Both the position numbers and the translations under genes were made by a program. DNA of 38,782 nucleotides from a virus (Duplodnaviria; Caudoviricetes): IMG/VR virus record IMGVR_UViG_3300033148_004933, positions 1-38,782 of that record. One strand, 5' to 3'. Of the stretch, positions 33,823 through 38,782 are shown piece after piece (positions within the stretch are counted from its first letter, which is position 1; every line of letters begins with the position of its first letter). The notes beneath the pieces are model-generated. The model was not told where the DNA came from. It saw only the letters and a program-made list of their open reading frames with translations, and made no database searches.

Positions 33823-36119
33823 TGGATATCATAAAAGAATTAGTTAAAAAAGTAGATATTGACATAGAAGAGAAACAAATAAGTCCTGATGATTTATTTG
33901 CGCCCTCTTCTTTTTTATTGACTGGAGAGGTTCCTCCTGATAGAAAAACGAGCGAATTGTTGAGATCATCAACAGGATGGGTTTATGCTTGCGTTAATGC
34001 TATTGCAGATGAGATAGGATTTATAAATATAAGGTTATTTAGATTTAATAAGAATGGTTCTGAAGAGATATTTAATAATCCTATTTTGGATTTATTGCAT
34101 AGAGCAAATGATTTTACAACAAAGTTTGATTTGTTCTGGTTGACCACGAATTATTTAGAATTGACAGGTGAAGCTCCTTGGTTTTTAGTCTATGAAGGCA
34201 ACAAGCCTTCTCAGATAGTTCTTTTAAGACCAGATAGATTAAAGGTAATTCCCGGTGAAAATGTTAATGAAATTATAAAAGGATATAAATATAATATTGG
34301 AAATGGACAGGAGATAGATTTAGAATTTAATGAAGTTATATTTTTAAGATATCCTGATCCTGCAAAACCATTTAGAGGAATTGGAACACTTAGCGCAGCA
34401 GCTTTAACGTTTGATATTGACAAATTTTCTGAAGAGTGGAATAAAAAGTTTTATTGGAATTCGGGTAGGCCTGATTCTGTATTAACTACTGAACAGAAAT
34501 TAACAAAGACGCAGATAGAAACATTGGAAGATAGATTGAGGAAATTTAAATCTATAACGAATGCTCATAAGATGATGATACTTCAGAAAGGATTGAAATA
34601 TGAGCCTATGGCTATATCTCAGAAAGATATGGACTTTATGAAACAGCAGGAGTTTAGCAGAGATAAAATATTAGGAATATTTAGAGTTCCTAAATCAGTG
34701 CTTGGATTAGTTGCTGATTCTAATAGATCAAACACAGAGGCATCAGATGTTATATTTGCTAAAAGAACAATACGTCCTAAGATGCAAAGAATTATAGAAC
34801 AGCTTAACGAATTCTTATTGCCATTATTTTCGGGAACAGAGAATATGTTTTTGTCATATGATGATCCTATTCCTGAAAATTCTGAAGCTGCAACCAAATC
34901 AAAAGAGAGTGCGCTAAAGACAGGATACGCTACAATTAATGAAATAAGAGAAAGATCAGACTTAGAATCAATTGGACCTGAAGGAGATAAGATTAGGATT
35001 CCTAATAATCTTGTTTCAATTGAAGAATCATCAAATCCTGCAGAAAAGAAATTAAGTAGAAATGATAAAGTATTTATTAGACAAATGAAAGCTAGAAATA
35101 GAAAGAAAGAACAAAAAAATCAGATTGTTAAAAAAGTAAAAGAGGTTATAACTAAACAGATTGAGGAAAATATAATAAAAATAATGAAGACTCAAGTTGG
35201 AATATTTAATGGTAAGAAAAAAAAGAAAATAAAGAAAAAAGAAGAAGATAATATTTCTTCTGAAGAAAAAAAGAAATTAGATTTTCAATCAAAACAATTA
35301 CAAATAGCTGATAAGTTTGAGGAGGCATTTTTAAGAAGAGTGAGATCTGTATTCAGAGATCAGAGAGATGCTATTTTAAGGGAACTATCAAGCAAGGCAG
35401 TTGATCCTAAGGGATTTAAATTAGATCCTGATAAGTGGGGCAAAAAGTTTTCTAATGAAACGAAAGCAGTAGTATTGGGTATAATAAAAGAAGAAAGCGA
35501 TGAAGCATTTAACTTTTTAGAAATTGAAGATCAATTAGATTTGAGCAGTCCTTCAGTTAAGAATTATACTGAGGTAACAACATTTAGATATGGCCGAGAA
35601 GTTACTAAGACTACTAATAAACAAGTGGAGAGAGTTATAGCTCTTGGTGTAAACAAAGGAGAAAGCATACCACAGATTACCGAAAGAGTCAAAGGATTAT
35701 TTAGTCAAATATCTACTGGAAGAGCAGTAAGGATAACTCGTTCAGAGGTGATAAGAGCTGCTAACTTTGCCACAGAGCAATCATATATTCAATCTGGTGT
35801 TGTATCTCATAAAGAATGGTTAACAGCTTTAGATGATAGGGTATGTCAATTTTGTATGCCTATGAATGGAAGAGTCGTCGGATTAAAACAACCATATCAT
35901 AAATATAATGACAACTTTGAGGGAAATCAGGGAGGAGTATTAAGATTTAATTATACAGAGATTCAATATCCGCCATTACATCCACAATGTAGATGTACTA
36001 TTATTCCTATTGTTGTAAAATCTTTTGTATCATCAAAGATTAAGAAGCTTGAAAAAGAAAAAAAAGAATTAGTTGATGAAAAAAATAAAATTGATAACCT
36101 TGTAAATGGACAAGAATAA
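33822..36119 (+). CDS. HK97-type portal protein fused to a MuF/SPP1 gp7-like head morphogenesis domain
   Basis: WVYACVNAIA, LRPDR, DMDF, IFRVP, TINEIR; C-terminal RAVRITRSE, KEWLTALDDRVC, PPLHPQCRC. Confidence 0.92.
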   Translation: MDIIKELVKKVDIDIEEKQISPDDLFAPSSFLLTGEVPPDRKTSELLRSSTGWVYACVNAIADEIGFINIRLFRFNKNGSEEIFNNPILDLLHRANDFTTKFDLFWLTTNYLELTGEAPWFLVYEGNKPSQIVLLRPDRLKVIPGENVNEIIKGYKYNIGNGQEIDLEFNEVIFLRYPDPAKPFRGIGTLSAAALTFDIDKFSEEWNKKFYWNSGRPDSVLTTEQKLTKTQIETLEDRLRKFKSITNAHKMMILQKGLKYEPMAISQKDMDFMKQQEFSRDKILGIFRVPKSVLGLVADSNRSNTEASDVIFAKRTIRPKMQRIIEQLNEFLLPLFSGTENMFLSYDDPIPENSEAATKSKESALKTGYATINEIRERSDLESIGPEGDKIRIPNNLVSIEESSNPAEKKLSRNDKVFIRQMKARNRKKEQKNQIVKKVKEVITKQIEENIIKIMKTQVGIFNGKKKKKIKKKEEDNISSEEKKKLDFQSKQLQIADKFEEAFLRRVRSVFRDQRDAILRELSSKAVDPKGFKLDPDKWGKKFSNETKAVVLGIIKEESDEAFNFLEIEDQLDLSSPSVKNYTEVTTFRYGREVTKTTNKQVERVIALGVNKGESIPQITERVKGLFSQISTGRAVRITRSEVIRAANFATEQSYIQSGVVSHKEWLTALDDRVCQFCMPMNGRVVGLKQPYHKYNDNFEGNQGGVLRFNYTEIQYPPLHPQCRCTIIPIVVKSFVSSKIKKLEKEKKELVDEKNKIDNLVNGQE

Positions 36120-37176
36120 CTTAAAAAAAGTAGAAGGATTAATTGAGGAAAATAAAAGTTTTAAAAAAAAGAATGAGATATTAATAAATAAACTTTTAAA
36201 AGAAAATCCTAGATCAGCACAGATTATAGAGCCAGTAATTAATATATTAGATAAGTGTATTGGTAATAAAGAAACTAAAACATCTGCTGGAAGATTAAAA
36301 ATTCTTATTAAAGAAAATCAGAAGTTGAAAGAAATATATGATTATTTAAAAGATATAGAAATATCTGATAGTTATAATATAAAAGATATAGATGCAGCAG
36401 TTAAGTTTTTTAAAAAGAGTTCGGATAATATTATAAACAAATTAGAAGAGATAATAAGCAAAGAATTAGAAAAGAATTTTTCAGAAAGCCATAATGTCAT
36501 AGTTCAGAATCCGATTAAAAATATTATTGTTGATAGTATACTGAATGAAATAATGATTAAGAATTTTCCTGAATCTTTTAAAATATCAAATTTAAAAGAT
36601 ATTAAACAACAGGAATTTCCTAAATCGTTTATTGTTAAAAGTAAAAGATTTGTTGAGATAAAAAAACAGATTGAATTACTTGTTAAGGATAACAAAAGAT
36701 TAATTGAAGTTATAGAGAAACAAACCGAAAATGGCAGAGAAGTAAAGATAACTAATAGTAAACCAAAGGATGCGATACCAGTTGTTTTAACAACAGAAGA
36801 TAAACAGAGATTTTATAATGTGATGATGCAAGTGCTTGGAGCTGCTGGAACGGATCCTAAGAAATTAGATAATATAATTTCTAATACACGAATTCCTTCT
36901 GTTGTTGGTCATGGTAGTTTAACAATTGCTAATGCAGGAACACCCGGTAACCTTCCAAATGTTGCATGTAAAAGAGTTGTGATTCAAGCTAACGAAGGAA
37001 ATACTGGAAGAATAGCTATTGGTGGATCTAATGCTGTTCGTGCGGCATTAGGTACAAGGAATGCTATTTATCTTTATAAAACTTGGAGACAAGAATTTAA
37101 TGTAAGTAATCTTAATTTACTATGGGTAGATGTCGTAGTAAATGGAGAAGGTATAACATATACTTATGAGAATTAA
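36106..37176 (+). CDS. Hypothetical virion-associated protein with C-terminal beta-sandwich-like domain
   Basis: Lys-rich N-part; C-terminal VVIQANEGNTGRIAIG..NLNLLWVD. Confidence 0.65.
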   Translation: MDKNNLKKVEGLIEENKSFKKKNEILINKLLKENPRSAQIIEPVINILDKCIGNKETKTSAGRLKILIKENQKLKEIYDYLKDIEISDSYNIKDIDAAVKFFKKSSDNIINKLEEIISKELEKNFSESHNVIVQNPIKNIIVDSILNEIMIKNFPESFKISNLKDIKQQEFPKSFIVKSKRFVEIKKQIELLVKDNKRLIEVIEKQTENGREVKITNSKPKDAIPVVLTTEDKQRFYNVMMQVLGAAGTDPKKLDNIISNTRIPSVVGHGSLTIANAGTPGNLPNVACKRVVIQANEGNTGRIAIGGSNAVRAALGTRNAIYLYKTWRQEFNVSNLNLLWVDVVVNGEGITYTYEN

Positions 37177-38782
37177 AATAATTTCAATATTAACAGGAAT
37201 TATCATAGGAACGATTATTACTGGATATGCTTTGGCACAAGGTGGATTTTGGGTCCCTGATGCTAATGATGATTTAGCGCCCTTGGATGATAGTTGGGGA
37301 ATTAGGTTAGGAGGAACATCTACACCTGATTTAAGATTTTATGAAGGGGCTAATTATATAGGATTTACAGCACCTGCATTAATTGGTAATCAAGTATGGA
37401 CTTTACCAAATGCTGATGGAAATCCAAATGAATTTCTACAAACAAATGGAGCTGGAATTTTAACATGGGCTGTAGGAGGTGCAGGAATTCCGGGTGGAGT
37501 AGATACTCAAATACAATATAACAATGGAGGAGCTTTTGGTGGAGCTTCAGGATTTATTTGGGATGATGTTAATAGTCTTGTTGGTATAGGAGATACAACC
37601 CCTGATGCTGTATTAGAGATAACAACAAGTTCAGCAGTAGATTTATTCTATATCTCTACTTCAGCAGATACTGATGGCGATATATTTAAAGTAGATAGCA
37701 ATGGCGATATTACAGCGAGTAAAACTATGACAGCGTCTACATTTAATGCTACTAATGAGGATGATGTATTACAAGTAGATGGGAGTTGTATTTTAAGACC
37801 AGGGGCGTCAGCAAACAGAAATTTATTTTTGGGTGAAGGAGCTTTTGATAATGATGATGGTTTTCAAAATATGGGAATTGGATTTGAAGCTGGAAAGAAT
37901 AATGATGATTCTGGTGGAGGAACTTTTGGAACTGGAAATGTTTATATTGGATATATAGCTGGTGCAGGGGTTACTGCCGCAACAAATAATATTGGTAGAT
38001 TTAATGTGGCAATAGGGGCTTTTGCACTATCAAGAAATACAACTGGATTTAGTAATATGGCTATTGGATATAATGCAATGAGAGAAAATACAACAGGGAT
38101 TTCTAATGTTTCAATAGGACCCAGTTCAGCTTTAGATGGAAAAAGTGGTGCAAGAAATATGTTTATTGGAGACCTTACTGGACGTGAAAATGTAAGTGGT
38201 AATGATAATGTTGCAATAGGTTCAAGTGCAGGGAGAGGTGTTAATGGAAATTCATTCCATAGAAATATTTTTATTGGTTCAAGTGCTGGACAAGGAATAA
38301 TGACAGGTTCAGACAATATTTTTATAGGATATAAATCAGGTATAAATCAAACAACAAACTCCAACCTTCTAATAATAGACAACCAAGATAGAGGAAGTGC
38401 GGTGGCAGAAGCAACAGAAGCACTAATCTATGGAACTTTTGATAATACTTATACAGACCAACTACTTACTTTTAATGCTTCAGTAGGAATAAACGACGAT
38501 ACGCCAGATGCTGTATTAGAAGTAACGACTTCAACTGACGGACAGGACTTCTTTATGGTTAGTTCTTCTGCGGCAGATGGGGATTTATTTAAAATTGATA
38601 GTGGTGGAGATGTTATAATAGGAGGAGATACAGATTACTTTAAACTTACAGATGGAGTAGTAAGTATGGCTGGAACAGCAAGAATAATTAAGGATTTATG
38701 GATAGATTCATCAGGAATAAAAGCCCCCGGCGATAAACCAGCTACTGAAGTGTCTCATGGAAACTTAGATATTGCTGCTTGG
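37166..38782 (+). CDS. Fibre/adhesin-like protein with signal peptide and YadA-head-like repeats (partial, open to window end)
   Basis: 539 open codons, absent from the ORF track. MRIKIISILTGIIIGTIITGYALA-Q; WTLPNADG, QIQYNNGGAFGG; about ten NxxIG repeats. Confidence 0.85.
   Translation, partial: MRIKIISILTGIIIGTIITGYALAQGGFWVPDANDDLAPLDDSWGIRLGGTSTPDLRFYEGANYIGFTAPALIGNQVWTLPNADGNPNEFLQTNGAGILTWAVGGAGIPGGVDTQIQYNNGGAFGGASGFIWDDVNSLVGIGDTTPDAVLEITTSSAVDLFYISTSADTDGDIFKVDSNGDITASKTMTASTFNATNEDDVLQVDGSCILRPGASANRNLFLGEGAFDNDDGFQNMGIGFEAGKNNDDSGGGTFGTGNVYIGYIAGAGVTAATNNIGRFNVAIGAFALSRNTTGFSNMAIGYNAMRENTTGISNVSIGPSSALDGKSGARNMFIGDLTGRENVSGNDNVAIGSSAGRGVNGNSFHRNIFIGSSAGQGIMTGSDNIFIGYKSGINQTTNSNLLIIDNQDRGSAVAEATEALIYGTFDNTYTDQLLTFNASVGINDDTPDAVLEVTTSTDGQDFFMVSSSAADGDLFKIDSGGDVIIGGDTDYFKLTDGVVSMAGTARIIKDLWIDSSGIKAPGDKPATEVSHGNLDIAAW

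Noticed and set aside
299-38316. Minus-strand and nested alternative-frame ORFs in the track (e.g. 1379-1609, 11881-12234, 18732-19271, 37942-38316)
   Set aside because: They are shadows of well-supported + strand genes or repeats and show no motifs.
38760-38782. Exact circular join or terminal repeat with position 1
   Set aside because: No overlap seen, and the likely reading frames do not join directly, so some sequence is probably missing.

Overview
This window looks like a nearly complete, circularly permuted, AT-rich tailed phage genome (siphovirus-like, HK97-type head). Every credible gene is on the + strand. Gene order: [end of a fibre gene] - prohead protease - major capsid - neck - tail tube - tail chaperone with -1 frameshift - tape measure - tail tip/fibre - lysis (amidase, holins) next to a DnaA-box origin-like region - early accessory genes (PD-(D/E)XK nuclease, resolvase-like, radical SAM, ParB-N plus C5 DNA methylase) - a ~12 kb glycan synthesis/modification cluster with HNH genes - terminase - portal/MuF fusion - a signal-peptide-bearing fibre/adhesin that runs off the end. 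No integrase, repressor, polymerase, helicase or primase was recognised. Most genes lack Shine-Dalgarno motifs, which suggests a Patescibacteria/CPR-like host (inference only). Best leads: (1) an HNH gene coupled to a glycosyltransferase interrupted by a 7-nt stop-containing insert amid three hairpins, resembling the T4 mobA/gene 60 ribosomal-bypass cassette; (2) the large soluble glycosylation cluster, including a kinase-methyltransferase fusion; (3) an oriC-like DnaA-box array in a phage with no replication genes; (4) near-total CCWGG avoidance; (5) a 22-nt repeat at accessory gene junctions. All family calls are by-eye motif recognition; no database searches were run.
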